A DNA stretch of 64,000 nucleotides from an uncultured Verrucomicrobiae bacterium (GCA_963718565.1 OY970364.1:2112001-2176000); one strand, 5' to 3'; shown: positions 10,688 through 21,243, counted from the stretch's first letter. Translations and numbers: made by a program. Notes: generated by a model not told the origin, from the sequence alone.

Positions 10688-10859
10688 TACCGAAATGAAC
10701 TCAAGATTTGGTTTTTGGCTACGTCGGGCAGCCACTGTATTTGAGCCCACCTGCATCGCACAACTTATTCAAGTTGTGCTGCTTCGGCGTCGCATACGCT
10801 GGCTCAAATTCAGGGCGCCTCCTTGCCAAATTCCCAAATCTTGAGTTCATTTCGGTATA
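10686..10859. mobile_element. Family B MITE (174 bp including terminal TA)
   Basis: Perfect 25-bp TIR TATACCGAAATGAACTCAAGATTTG; second copy inverted at 30372..30545. Confidence 0.9.
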
Positions 10860-10993
10860 TACTCTAGAAAATTGAAGTCTGGAGAGGATTGAGTTCAATT
10901 GTTTGGAAATTGTCGTTAATTCGCTTTTTCAGCATGTCTTTTAAATTAATAACGCCAGTGTTGAAAAAATCTCTAATTTTCTCAGTAAATTCA

Positions 10994-12294
10994 CAGGGCC
11001 ATTTAACTAAAATGTTTTGACATTTTCGAACAGAAAAATGTTGCCAAAATTCCCTTTAAGTACCCACCACCGAAAGTTGCTGCGCGCCTTACGGAGGCGA
11101 GCCCCCTTTCTGGATCTACAACTGCAGCCATGTTCATAGCCAAACGTCGAAACAACCCCATGTTCTCCGCACTATTCCCTCTATCCGTCAATGCATAATC
11201 CTCTTCAAAAATCACATCAGCTACCCAATGGCATTTGTTTTCTATGCTCCAGTGCTGTCGGGTCCATTTAGCAAAATCTTTGGCAGATGCTCGACGACTC
11301 GAAATATATAGCCGTCTAAATACCTCATTGGCAGTAGATCCAAGTTTTTGCCTCGTGGACCTTACTTCGATGAGACAGACTAAGTTTTTCCATTTGCCCG
11401 CATTTGGCAACCAGTCCAGGTCCTCGACGACTCGTACTTCTCGAATGTCGATTCGACCATGGCCTTTATCTACTTCCTGGTGAAACGAATGGGGGACTTC
11501 CTCCCATTCGACTGCGTGAGCTTGATCAAAAAAATTCTCCATTTCAGCGCACAGCGTTGGCTGGTTGTCCTTAACAGCCAGCAGATAATCTGCCTTCGCA
11601 TCAACGATTTGTTCTGCCGATTCGGCTACGGTGAAATGTGCATCTCCTGAAATAATCGCCCCCTCTACATTCACTTGCTCCAAAATGATTGGTAACGTGC
11701 TCTTTTCGACTGTTTTATTTGGGACCTTTTCCACGGCAAGACATAATCGATCCTCCGCTGCGAATAGCTCCACTACGTGTGTGACACCGCCTAGGAAATT
11801 TGCGCCTTTCATCCGTTTACCATCGATCGCCAATAGCTGATCGCGCAATGAAGCAGGAATTTTGCTGAACCATTTTTGCAAGTAGTGCTTGAGCGCACCA
11901 GGGGGTGTTTTCACTAAAAACCACCAGAGCGCTCCATGGGAAGGTGCTGAGAGCTCCTCACCTAGCAGAGAAGAAAACCACTCCTCCTGCAGAGAAACAT
12001 ATTCAGCGATTTCCTCAATCGTATTGCATCCACAAAAGAATCCGCAGAGAATAACAAGAGTCAAATACCAAACTGGATATAAGACACGTTTTTGATTACG
12101 TCGATAATCAGGGAAATCTGCAAACTCTCCCTTGACGGTTTCCGCGAATACACGGGCATCAAAATTCTTACTAGCTTCTAGGATTGTGGCGTCGATTGGC
12201 TTACGGCGTGACATAATAGGTCCTCCAAATTTGAGGAATTTATTATGCCATCTTAGCTGATCTGGTATCAAAAATTTTTAGTTAAATGGCCCTG
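10994..12294 (-). mobile_element. ISAs1-family insertion sequence, intact
   Basis: TIR CAGGGCCATTTAACTAAAA at both ends; 10-bp TSD AGTAAATTCA (10984..10993 and 12295..12304). Confidence 0.93.
11003..12214 (-). CDS. ISAs1-family transposase
   Basis: AIDGK, DYLLAVKDNQP, KGHGRIDIR, RQHWSIENKCHW motifs. Confidence 0.93.
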   Translation of the reverse strand: MSRRKPIDATILEASKNFDARVFAETVKGEFADFPDYRRNQKRVLYPVWYLTLVILCGFFCGCNTIEEIAEYVSLQEEWFSSLLGEELSAPSHGALWWFLVKTPPGALKHYLQKWFSKIPASLRDQLLAIDGKRMKGANFLGGVTHVVELFAAEDRLCLAVEKVPNKTVEKSTLPIILEQVNVEGAIISGDAHFTVAESAEQIVDAKADYLLAVKDNQPTLCAEMENFFDQAHAVEWEEVPHSFHQEVDKGHGRIDIREVRVVEDLDWLPNAGKWKNLVCLIEVRSTRQKLGSTANEVFRRLYISSRRASAKDFAKWTRQHWSIENKCHWVADVIFEEDYALTDRGNSAENMGLFRRLAMNMAAVVDPERGLASVRRAATFGGGYLKGILATFFCSKMSKHFS

Positions 12295-13291
12295 AGTAAA
12301 TTCATTGAATTTTGAATACAGTGTATTATAAGTAACACACTCTCTCATAACTTTCCATAAACGCTCAATAGCATTCAAATTTGGGGAATACGGAGGTAAG
12401 TAGTGTATTTGAATTTTGGTTTGGCTATCCAAATATTTTTGCACTTCCTTATTCTTGTTTGATCTGCCGTTGTCTAAGATTAAGTGGATTTTTTTTGCAT
12501 CTGTATTAGCCGCTAACGTTTGGAGAAAATCGACCGCACTTGCAGCATCCACAGTGCTATATTCCTTCGTCACGACTTGCATTGCAGTCAATTCAATGGC
12601 ACCAATAAAATGCAATCGCTCTTGCTTAGCGGTTGTTCCTAATGTCTTTATTTCGTTTTTTAGGATCCACCCAGCCACAGACTGGCTCTGATACTCAGGG
12701 TGTACAGCATCTCCAAAGAAAATTTTCTCGCCTTCTTGGAGACCGGCTTTCAATTCATTGTATTTTTTAAGGAACGCAGCTTGTTTTTCGGGATCGAGCT
12801 TTCCTGGTACTTTGATTGGATGTTTATAAACAAATCCATGCCTCTTCAACCAATTTGTCATACCAGCCACAGTGTATTTCACTTGATATGCGTCTAGAAC
12901 GTAGAGACAAATTTTGCTCATTTTGAGATACGTTATTTGACTCAAATGTCTCCTCAGCGCATCTTCTTGGTCTAGGGTTAACTTGGAGGCCTTTCCCAAA
13001 TGTGGATCATTGATAGTTTTTTGCTTGGCATCGTATTCTCTTTGATAATCATAAACGGACGACTCGCTAATTCTTAAAATCGCCGCTATTTCCCCTGGAC
13101 TGTGGCAATCATCCCTACCTAAAATGACGCATACACGGTTCCGTTCGTTGACATCTCTTGTTTTTTTTACAAGCTGTTCTAAATATAAACGCTGCTCATT
13201 GGACAACTTTTGCATAGAAGCATTATCCACTATCGCTGAAATATTTTTTAGGGAAATTTAAAATTTTACAGAATCCAATCATGAATAGTAT

Positions 13292-13473
13292 ATACGGATC
13301 CAATATTCGATCAATTGCAGCTCGACTTGTATTTAACATTTTTGCAAATTGAGATTTTGTGATTTTTTGTTTTTTCATTTCTTGCTCAAGTTGAAAAGCA
13401 ATGATCCTTTTAATGGCTTCAGCGGTGCATTCTTCAAGCATTCCTTCTTCTTTGAGGAAATCATCAAAACCTG
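13292..13473 (-). pseudogene. 5' fragment of the XRE-family HTH (antitoxin-like) gene
   Basis: GFDDFLKEEG...KITKSQFAKMLNTSRAAIDRILDP; cut by IS630; start codon lost. Confidence 0.75.
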
Positions 13474-13774
13474 ATTACTGCTTTTCTGGCATCAACCTCG
13501 GGCACGGCAAATCCTTGACGTCGGATAAGGATTCCGCCGAAAAAAATGGAAAAGTCCATTTGCATTTTGCTCAGATTGAACTCTTAGTTGCTAAAGACTG
13601 AATGCTAACCCGTTTTCAGGACGACGACGCACGGCCAGTGCGCATCGCCTGAAAGGATTCCAGTTCCCCTCCAAAATTTTCAGAGAAAATTTTGTCTGCG
13701 TTGTTTTTTTCTGTTCTTACAATTTCCCTTTGGGAATCGCATGAAGAATTTATCATAAGAGGACCAGTGTTCAA

Positions 13775-14956
13775 TCAGAGTTCCAGGATGGGCAGAGAGG
13801 CAAGCTGTCTCCAGCTCAGGGTTGTTCCTTGAGAGCGGGATTGTTTCTCCTTACCCGCGTAAACAATGTAGCTATTTGAAGGATCGTTGTCTGCTAATTG
13901 ATTCCATCTTGTAAGGCCTGTAAAAAAATCGGAGTTGATTGTCTCTGATGACTTGATCTCAATGGGTACGAGTTTTTCTCCATATTCGAGGAGACAGTCC
14001 ACTTCATGGCCCGCCTTATCACGCCAGAAGTAGAGATTGGGCATAAGCCCCGCATTGAAACGTTGTTTCATGAGATCGGAGAGGATCATCGACTCAAAAA
14101 GTCCCCCGCGCAGGTAATGTCTCATTAGGTCTTTTGGAGATCGAATGGAGAGAAGGTGGCAGGCAATCGCACTGTCATAGAAATATAGTTTGGGAGTTTT
14201 GATGACGCGTTTGTTGAAGTTTTTGTGATGAGGCTGCAGGAGGAAGATGATATAGGTAGCTTCAAGTAGAGAAAGCCAAGAACGCACAGTATGCGCTGTA
14301 ATTCCGCAGTCATTTCCAATCGATGTTAAATCCAAGAGTTGACCTACCCGTCCTGCACAGAGTTGGAGAAATTTTTGAAATAGAGAAAGATCCGAGATCT
14401 GTTTGAGATGGCGTACATCCCTTTCAACGTATGTCTGGATATAGCTTTGAATCCATTCTTGGGGTTCGATTTTTTTTGCATAGAGAGGGGGATAAAAGCC
14501 TTGAAATAGGATCTTTTCCATCTCTTTCGGGAGAAGGGAAGCTTCGTCTAGTTCCTCTAGACTTAAAGGTAGAAGAGTAACAAGAGCGATTCTTCCGGCA
14601 AGGGTCTGGCTAATATGGTGGTTTAGCAGGATGTTTTCCGATCCTGTTAAAAGAAAAAAACCAGGTTTTTGCCACTCATCGACATGGGCTTGGATGTATG
14701 ACAGGAGATTGGGGACACGTTGAATTTCATCGAGTATAACACCTTTTTCCTCTTCTAATGCCTTAAGAAACCGCCGAGGGTCTTCCTCTGCAAAACGGCG
14801 CGTATCAAGCTCTTCTAAATTGATGTATTTGTAAGAAGGGAAAAGAGCTTTTACAATGGTTGTTTTACCCGATTGCCTCGGACCCAAGATTCCAACTACA
14901 GGAAATTGAGCGCTGAGTTTTTTAAGACGCGAGGCGATTTTTCTCTTAATGAACAT
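13775..14956 (-). CDS. AAA+ ATPase with DUF4143-type C-terminus
   Basis: GPRQSGKT, ILDEIQ, KTPKLYFYD, YFWRDKAGHEVD...PIEIKS. Confidence 0.9.
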   Translation of the reverse strand: MFIKRKIASRLKKLSAQFPVVGILGPRQSGKTTIVKALFPSYKYINLEELDTRRFAEEDPRRFLKALEEEKGVILDEIQRVPNLLSYIQAHVDEWQKPGFFLLTGSENILLNHHISQTLAGRIALVTLLPLSLEELDEASLLPKEMEKILFQGFYPPLYAKKIEPQEWIQSYIQTYVERDVRHLKQISDLSLFQKFLQLCAGRVGQLLDLTSIGNDCGITAHTVRSWLSLLEATYIIFLLQPHHKNFNKRVIKTPKLYFYDSAIACHLLSIRSPKDLMRHYLRGGLFESMILSDLMKQRFNAGLMPNLYFWRDKAGHEVDCLLEYGEKLVPIEIKSSETINSDFFTGLTRWNQLADNDPSNSYIVYAGKEKQSRSQGTTLSWRQLASLPILEL

Positions 14957-15189
14957 GCCAACCCTTTTAAGGACAATTATGTAATTCGATTGCATAATTG
15001 TCCACATTCTCGCTAAGCCATTCTTTTTAAGCTATTTAAAATACAACGAAGATGATTTTGGTTCACTTGAAAATTGTAAAAATTGGAAATTGTTGATTTC
15101 CTAAAAATGTCTCAAAAACACCGTAATTTTAACGGAGTAGCCAATTTCTCAAGCCTGAAATAGATCACCTTCGATTACCCAGAATTCCT

Positions 15190-15240
15190 TTATCGATCTT
15201 GATTGGGCACGGATCGAAATGGTCTTCAACTTTTGCCAGA
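15190..15240. repeat. Family E fragment
   Basis: Near-exact reverse complement of 63606..63656. Confidence 0.8.
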
Positions 15241-15333
15241 AAGAATCGAAACGGCTCTAATCCTGATTTAGAGTCTTTAATCGAAACAAAAAATGAACTC
15301 CTGCACTATTGGGAGCAGAGTAATATCTCCGTA

Positions 15334-16137
15334 TTATGCTCTTGCAGGTTTTTGCAGGTGGGCAAACAACGGAGCGTGCTCGTTTGGGACTGTCTGTAAT
15401 TGCTCTTCATCCATAAGTAAAAAATCGGGATTGGAAAAATCCTTAAACCAGCGGCGCGTGTAGCTCATGTAAAGCAAAGAGCGCATATGGTCGGAATGGT
15501 TAGATCCTCCTGCATGAAAAGTTCTATAGTCCCAAAAGTAACAACTTCCTATGGGGCCGCAGAGCAAATGTTTAACATAAGAGTGCATTTGCTGATCAAT
15601 AGGGTAGGTGCGGTGGGAGCCAGCCCAAATTTTTGTTGGTCCATTGATTAGATCGATGTCAACTAGTGGCACAGCAAATGTGACCGCAAATGTCGGGATC
15701 GCAGAAGATGTATTTGTGTTTTCTTCGAATAGCGGATAGTAGTCTGCATGAATGTGCTGGTCTGTGGAACCAGGTAGTGCAGTGAAAGAACCCAAGCTAC
15801 TTAAGATAAAATGGGCCCCGAGGATTTCCTTCATCAGTGGCATCAAAATTGCATTCGCATAGAGTTCAGGGTCATTAAAAGGGGGAGCGAAGGGAATTGG
15901 TACAATATAGCGCCTATGGCTGACTTGGGTGCCACCGCTGAGGGTCATCTCTTCTTCGTTAAATTGCAGTTGGCTTGCATAGATAGCAGCCAGCTCTTGA
16001 ATAAATTCCTTCGGATAAAGATTTTCAATTTTTAGAAAGCCATGGTTCTCAAAAATGTGCTTGGCCATTTTCAAAGTGTTTGGATGGAACTTCTGCTCTA
16101 AAATTTCACTTTCACTAAGGGTAATGCTTGTAATCAT
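15334..16137 (-). CDS. Phytanoyl-CoA dioxygenase (PhyH)-family 2OG-Fe(II) oxygenase
   Basis: QHIHAD (HxD), NGPTKIWAGSH, FHAGGSN...R. Confidence 0.85.
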   Translation of the reverse strand: MITSITLSESEILEQKFHPNTLKMAKHIFENHGFLKIENLYPKEFIQELAAIYASQLQFNEEEMTLSGGTQVSHRRYIVPIPFAPPFNDPELYANAILMPLMKEILGAHFILSSLGSFTALPGSTDQHIHADYYPLFEENTNTSSAIPTFAVTFAVPLVDIDLINGPTKIWAGSHRTYPIDQQMHSYVKHLLCGPIGSCYFWDYRTFHAGGSNHSDHMRSLLYMSYTRRWFKDFSNPDFLLMDEEQLQTVPNEHAPLFAHLQKPARA

Positions 16138-16260
16138 TGCAGTTCCTGGGCTTATAACCTGAATTTTAGATTTATAGTCTTTTTTGGCCTTGTTGCGTAA
16201 ATAGATAATTTTACCACAGAGCCGTCTTTTTTGCGATATTAACAAAAACATTAAACGTTA

Positions 16261-16295
16261 GAGGGAATTGCAAAACTCCTCGCCGCATAAAATCG
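16261..16295. mobile_element. Family A single-end fragment
   Basis: GAGGGAATTGCAAAACTCCTCGCCGCATAAAATCG. Confidence 0.85.
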
Positions 16296-16322
16296 ATTTC
16301 CGAATCTCCAATTAAAGAGAAA

Positions 16323-16351
16323 TTGACACAATGGCTGCAAAAATATAGCGT
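16323..16351 (+). promoter_or_regulatory. Candidate sigma66/sigma70 promoter
   Basis: TTGACA-17 nt-TAGCGT just upstream of ATG 16358. Confidence 0.4.
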
Positions 16352-16357
16352 TGGGTT

Positions 16358-16726
16358 ATGAGATCTGGAAGATTTTTTTTATTTTCTTTTTTATCTGTTT
16401 CTATCTCTTTAACTGCTTCATCCCATTCGGCTGAAAAAGGAAAATCTCTGAAAGAAAAACCCTTTTTGCCCCATTTTTGAGTGGAAGGTGATCTTCTCTA
16501 TTGGGTCCCTGAAGTCTCTGGTCTTGATGTCAATTTTGGAAGAGGCTCTAGCTTGCAAACCACTTCAGACGGTATTGCAACGACCTTTTCTAAGGAAACC
16601 GATGTCGATCCCTCTTTTCATTGGAATGTTGGTTACCGGATTGCCTTGGTAATCTATCCTTCTCTTGTGCTGTTTTTTCTCTTGGGATTGCCATTTAATT
16701 TGACAAAATGGCACTATAAACGGTAA
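16358..16726 (+). pseudogene. Truncated MOMP-like outer-membrane protein
   Basis: Signal-peptide-like 5' end, then EGDLLYW...DPSFHWNVGYRIAL as in environmental chlamydial MOMP-like proteins; far too short. Confidence 0.55.
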
Positions 16727-16814
16727 AAATCAGAATTCGTTCAAACCTGGACTGTTCTAAGACCCCCTAAATTCACATTTTTAAACTGGGCGCAGCATAG
16801 AATAGGTATACTTT

Positions 16815-17560
16815 TTGAAAAAAAATCTCCTTCTGTTCTTCTCGATCGCCCCTCTGCTCGCATTTGGCGATGGCGGTTCTGTAACCAATAATCGCTATAA
16901 TGATTCCCTGATCGGAGGAGGCTCAGCAGGGCCGGCCGGACCTACTGGTCCAGAAGGGCCAGCAGGTTCACTGGGGTCAACCGGACCGACCGGGTCAGCT
17001 GGGCTAACAGGTTCAGCGGGGTCAACCGGACCGACCGGGCCAGTTGGGGTAACAGGTTCAGCAGGGCCAACTGGGCCCACCGGACCAGCAGGAACATCCT
17101 CGTCTTATGGGGTCAACTCAATTTTTCTTCATCGCAATCTATAAGTCTTACCACAGCCAATACATGGGTTGCTATTCCGTTTAATGCTTTTGGTCCCTCT
17201 AATAATGTGGACGGATCTACCTCTTCACCTGCAACGATCACGATACTGGAGGCAGGAGTTTATCAAATAAACATTAGTTTGTATTTCTCTTCGGAAGAGT
17301 CACTCGAGAGCACATTTACTCAAACAACTTATACGCTTGGCATAAGCACGGATACCAGTACTCCGGTAGCCTCTGCGGCGGTCTACGCTGGAGAAGCCGG
17401 CTTCTTCTCTCTTAACTATAGCGGCCTTGTGGAATTTTCTGCCAACGACACTATCCAGTTCTATATGCAGGCATCCGCTGTAGGTGGCGGTGGTTTTATA
17501 TTTGACAACGTGGTCACGATGGTAAACGGCAATGCCAGCGTACAGCAAATTGCAGAATGA
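16815..17560 (+). CDS. Secreted collagen-like (GPT/GxT repeat) protein with BclA/C1q-like C-terminal domain; frameshift near 17110
   Basis: Signal peptide and ~19 Gly-X-Y triplets; the downstream frame gives [11 protein letters not shown]...[15 protein letters not shown]. Confidence 0.7.
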
Positions 17561-18633
17561 TCCATGCAGCCAAAATTCCAACTTTTGAATCACTTCCGGT
17601 ATACTGGTTGTTGATTTGTTTTTTGTTTGCACCGCTCTACTCTTTGAGTGCTGCAGAGCGGTTAATCCGAGCAAAAATCATTGAAAGAAATAACATTTGT
17701 TTTCATCTATCTGCTGAATTTACCAAGAAATATGTTAAACAGCCTTTTCGTCTCTCCTATCCTCAAGAAATCAATCTTGAAAATCTTCCTCCCTCTATTG
17801 TAGACATCCCTTTGATTACCAATGTCATTGCTGTGATCTGGCTTTCTGGAAAAGAGTACACTATTGAAGAAATGGATGAGGATCTTTATTATTCGTTAAT
17901 TAAAATTAAAACGTTCTTTAAACGTTTTTTTTATAATACTTCCTGGGAAGGGGAACTAAAACCGGAACGGCTTGTAAACAATAGAGGGAATTGCAATTCC
18001 CTCAACAACTTATCTAACACCATTCCACGGTCTGCTACGTTATTTACAGGAGGGCTAGATTCTACAGCCACTGTCTTTCGTCATTTTGATGAGAACCTCA
18101 CCCTGATTTCTTTCAACGATCCCCATCGAACAGCTGTGGAATTTGCCAAGATGCACCATTTGGATTTCTATACAATTTACATGAATTACGATACTTGTTT
18201 AAAACTGACCTCCCTTGATAAGGCTTCTTGCGATATCTCTAAGTGGTTTTGGGATACTAGCATGGGGTTATCATGGGTGGGAGCTGCCACACCTTTTCTC
18301 TATGCGATGGGAATAGCGACATTGTATATCCCTTCTGGTTTTACTTGGCGCTCATTCATTTTTCCTGATGGTCAAACATTGCGTCAGCCCGCTTCTCCAC
18401 TCATTGATGAGAACTTAACTCCTACAGGATTGCGGGTTCAACATGATATATTTACGATGACAAGGACAGATAAAATACAATTTATCTCTACTTTTTGCGC
18501 GGAAAACAACGTTTCAAAACCCCAACTTGTCGTCTGTAATCATCACCAAAAAGCAGATGTTTCCTATTCCCATTGCAATCAAGGAATTGCAAAACTCCTC
18601 GCCAGCAGAAAATCGATGATTTTGGGTACGTAA
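17557..18633 (+). CDS. Hypothetical protein with PP-loop-like motif; internal family A palindrome and element-derived C-terminus
   Basis: FTGGLDS motif; ATGA overlap with the collagen gene; tail [15 protein letters not shown] is repeat sequence. Confidence 0.7.
   Translation: MIHAAKIPTFESLPVYWLLICFLFAPLYSLSAAERLIRAKIIERNNICFHLSAEFTKKYVKQPFRLSYPQEINLENLPPSIVDIPLITNVIAVIWLSGKEYTIEEMDEDLYYSLIKIKTFFKRFFYNTSWEGELKPERLVNNRGNCNSLNNLSNTIPRSATLFTGGLDSTATVFRHFDENLTLISFNDPHRTAVEFAKMHHLDFYTIYMNYDTCLKLTSLDKASCDISKWFWDTSMGLSWVGAATPFLYAMGIATLYIPSGFTWRSFIFPDGQTLRQPASPLIDENLTPTGLRVQHDIFTMTRTDKIQFISTFCAENNVSKPQLVVCNHHQKADVSYSHCNQGIAKLLASRKSMILGT
17984..18003. mobile_element. Family A collapsed 20-bp palindrome, in frame inside a CDS
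   Basis: GAGGGAATTGCAATTCCCTC flanked by AATA/AACA. Confidence 0.8.
18583..18625. mobile_element. Family A end fragment
   Basis: GGAATTGCAAAACTCCTCGCCAGCAGAAAATCGATGATTTTGG, identical to the start of the 41441 copy. Confidence 0.85.
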
Positions 18634-18648
18634 TCAGTCGCTTTTAAA

Positions 18649-20946
18649 TTATTTGGATTCCGTAACTTTCTCGATTACAGATTCCGTAGTACTTCCGCCT
18701 TTAGATTCCGGAATCCTTTCAACGAAGCGAGGAAAGCCAGCTGCCTCAATTAACTGTCCAAGAATTTTTATCTTGTTATTAACTTCCGATGCAATAGCTT
18801 CAATTTCTTTAAGAGATTTTTCGGATAATTGTTTGGACATTTTTGGCTTCACAATTTGGTAAGAAAATTCGATGGAATGCGGATAAGTTGCCAGCTCGCC
18901 TGGATACGCTCTGCGTACAGTCGTGTATGTGTAAATGTAACAAAATGTCGCATCTATGCCTGAATCAACCTGGTCGGCACGAACGCTATGCACCTCAAAA
19001 TATGTACTCCCTAATACAATGTAAACACAGCGCGCTGGCTGTGAAACTTCTTTGCCTGTCTCTTTTTCTTCAATCGTTGAGAATATTTTAACATCTTTTT
19101 TAATAATGCTCTCTTTCGATGAATGGATGAGTTTATAGAGTTCTTCCAAATTAGAAATTGGCTCCTTGATGTATTTATGATTTAGAGCTCGATAAAATTG
19201 GAGCATGAACTGAATTGTTATCTCAACGCCAGAATGTTCCTCTCCATTGGATTTGGCAATGTTTTCCAAGCGGGAGATAACCCTTGGGTTGGTCAATAAT
19301 AATGCCTTATTAAACTCCGAAAGTGTTTGTTTGTTTTCAGTCAATGGATTTAAGAGGCTCTCTAAAAAATTAAAAATGCGAGCATGTCCTTCCAATGGAT
19401 CTTTAGGTGGGGGCAATTCTGACATAAATTTCTGGCTGAATTGAATGGCATTTTTTAAAAAATCATCCAGGAATGTTTGATCACCGAAAAAAGCCTTTGT
19501 GCTGAGGAGAGCCATGGACTCATCACCATAGTCCTTCAAGTCTTTGCCATATTGTTCCATTTTTTCTAAGTTATTAGAGTCGTCAGGCTTTGGAATTCTT
19601 CTAGGTTCCAAAAGAACATTGCGTTCCGGATCGATATAAATGATCGATGCTGTACTGACCATGTGCTGCCAATAGCGAAGAAATTCGACATCATATTTTT
19701 GGCGCTTTAGAGAATTGTCAAATTCCTTAAGGCAATCGATACAGAAAAGAGCATGGGGTTTATTTCTAGCTTTAAGCTCGTCTGAACGAAGTCGAATAAT
19801 GGTCTGTTGAGCTTTTTTATTTGCATCAATCCAAAGAATTTCAACCACTTGTATTTTAATTGCCCGAGCTATTGAGGTATAAACGAGGTTCCTATAAACT
19901 CCATCATAATCTGTTTTCAAAATTTTCCTTATCTCGTTTTCATTTTTATCAGATTTTTTAAGTTTTTTGAAAATTTTAAATAAATTTTTTTCTATTTGTG
20001 CAAGTGCTTGTTTTTGTACATTTGAGAAATCATCTGGCAGTTCATAATTCTCGGCAATGCGCTCCAAATTGTTCGCCAATTCAAGCATCACTTCTCGATA
20101 ATGGTGTAAAATTTTTATCTCATTTTTCTTTTTTTCTAGGTCAGAATTTTTTCCTTTTTCAATTGCTAGGTCCAGCCCCGGAATGAACATTTTGACCCGA
20201 TCATCATGACGACACTGTTTAAAATTGATAATTAGAAAATCTTTTAATTCATTATTGACAGTTTTTAAACAGGATTCGACATCCTCGAAAAAAGAGCTCT
20301 GCTCGAGTAGCTGTCTTAAATCTTGGAGAAAATCAATTTTAATATCTTTAGATTTTCCAGATGTGTTGGATTGTTTTACATGGATAAGGTCGTAAATTGT
20401 TTCTGCGGAGCTCAGCATCTCGTTATAGTTTTTATCGATTTCGCTGATTTGTTGCATGTCTTGGGGAACCTCTACCGCAGCTATAAAACTAGACGTGCAC
20501 GTTTTGAATTTCGCGATATATGTCAATTTCAATTTGGTAAGTTCAGGGGTATTAAAATCGCGATATTTGAAGCCTCTTGGCATTAATTCAAAATTTTTTC
20601 TTTTGGTGGCCCTTTCGCTTTCACTTTCGGATGTAGATCCACTGCCTGATTTGAGTCGAAGAGTGCCCACAGTGTTACTTTTTTCGGACGCTCTCTTTTG
20701 TATTGTCTTTGACGGGTCTCTGTCTCTTTTTTTAACATCGGATGTGATATCGCCTGTGGGTGGCATGTTTTTTCTTTTTCGGCCTGACCGCTGGCCAGTT
20801 AAGGCTGTTTTTGCGACATTTTCTGCCTGTGTTTTTGCAACGTTTTCTGTATTTTCCGTCTGTATTGGCTGCTGTTCGGCTGAATTTACCGATGATATTG
20901 TGAGAGGTTTTTTTTCTTGTGTAGGTGAAAGTTGTTGAGTAGTCAT
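18649..20946 (-). CDS. Large AT-rich orphan protein, possible secreted effector
   Basis: 765-aa ORF with GGAGG RBS; S/T/Q-rich N-terminus and basic clusters; no recognised domain. Confidence 0.75.
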   Translation of the reverse strand: MTTQQLSPTQEKKPLTISSVNSAEQQPIQTENTENVAKTQAENVAKTALTGQRSGRKRKNMPPTGDITSDVKKRDRDPSKTIQKRASEKSNTVGTLRLKSGSGSTSESESERATKRKNFELMPRGFKYRDFNTPELTKLKLTYIAKFKTCTSSFIAAVEVPQDMQQISEIDKNYNEMLSSAETIYDLIHVKQSNTSGKSKDIKIDFLQDLRQLLEQSSFFEDVESCLKTVNNELKDFLIINFKQCRHDDRVKMFIPGLDLAIEKGKNSDLEKKKNEIKILHHYREVMLELANNLERIAENYELPDDFSNVQKQALAQIEKNLFKIFKKLKKSDKNENEIRKILKTDYDGVYRNLVYTSIARAIKIQVVEILWIDANKKAQQTIIRLRSDELKARNKPHALFCIDCLKEFDNSLKRQKYDVEFLRYWQHMVSTASIIYIDPERNVLLEPRRIPKPDDSNNLEKMEQYGKDLKDYGDESMALLSTKAFFGDQTFLDDFLKNAIQFSQKFMSELPPPKDPLEGHARIFNFLESLLNPLTENKQTLSEFNKALLLTNPRVISRLENIAKSNGEEHSGVEITIQFMLQFYRALNHKYIKEPISNLEELYKLIHSSKESIIKKDVKIFSTIEEKETGKEVSQPARCVYIVLGSTYFEVHSVRADQVDSGIDATFCYIYTYTTVRRAYPGELATYPHSIEFSYQIVKPKMSKQLSEKSLKEIEAIASEVNNKIKILGQLIEAAGFPRFVERIPESKGGSTTESVIEKVTESK

Positions 20947-21243
20947 CTTATCCTCCTAAAGAAAATTTTTTGTTGACTAGCATAGATTTTTTATTTTAAA
21001 AAAGTACAGGAAATAGTTTTCGCTTCTTCTTAAGAACTTGATTTTCAAGTCATTAAACTGCAAATTTCGGTTTTCAAAAGTTTTATTGAAAAAAATCGCG
21101 CTTTGTTTCACGCTTTTTGACACCTGGATTTTCAGGTGACATTCTTTTGAAAGATCATCCTCCGAGTGTGGGATTTTCAAAACTCTCCCCGTTATCCAGG
21201 TTTTTTCAGTAAATTTTCAAAAATTAAAAAGAAGGTGGCGTAT

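Larger units (their letters stand above)
10860..13291 (-). mobile_element. IS630-family element interrupted by an ISAs1-family element
   Basis: Transposase 12295..13230 (ILDNGRSN, LPPYSPNLNAIERLWK) continues at 10864..10993 (...KRINDNFQ...IF*); TATACT-type ends at TA sites. Confidence 0.85.
5107..13666. mobile_element. Integrase-associated genomic island at tRNA-Phe
   Basis: Perfect 53-bp direct repeat at 5107..5159 and 13614..13666 ending in the tRNA 3' sequence GATTCCAGTTC; tyrosine integrase adjacent; TA and IS cargo. Confidence 0.8.

Noticed and set aside
10378..16295. Two halves of one split family A element
   Set aside because: Outer flanks differ (GTTA vs TTAA); a nearby 13-bp match TCCGAATCTCCAA is too short to support a rearrangement.
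16261..18625. Composite transposon bounded by two family A ends
   Set aside because: Both ends point the same way and the flanks show no shared TSD.
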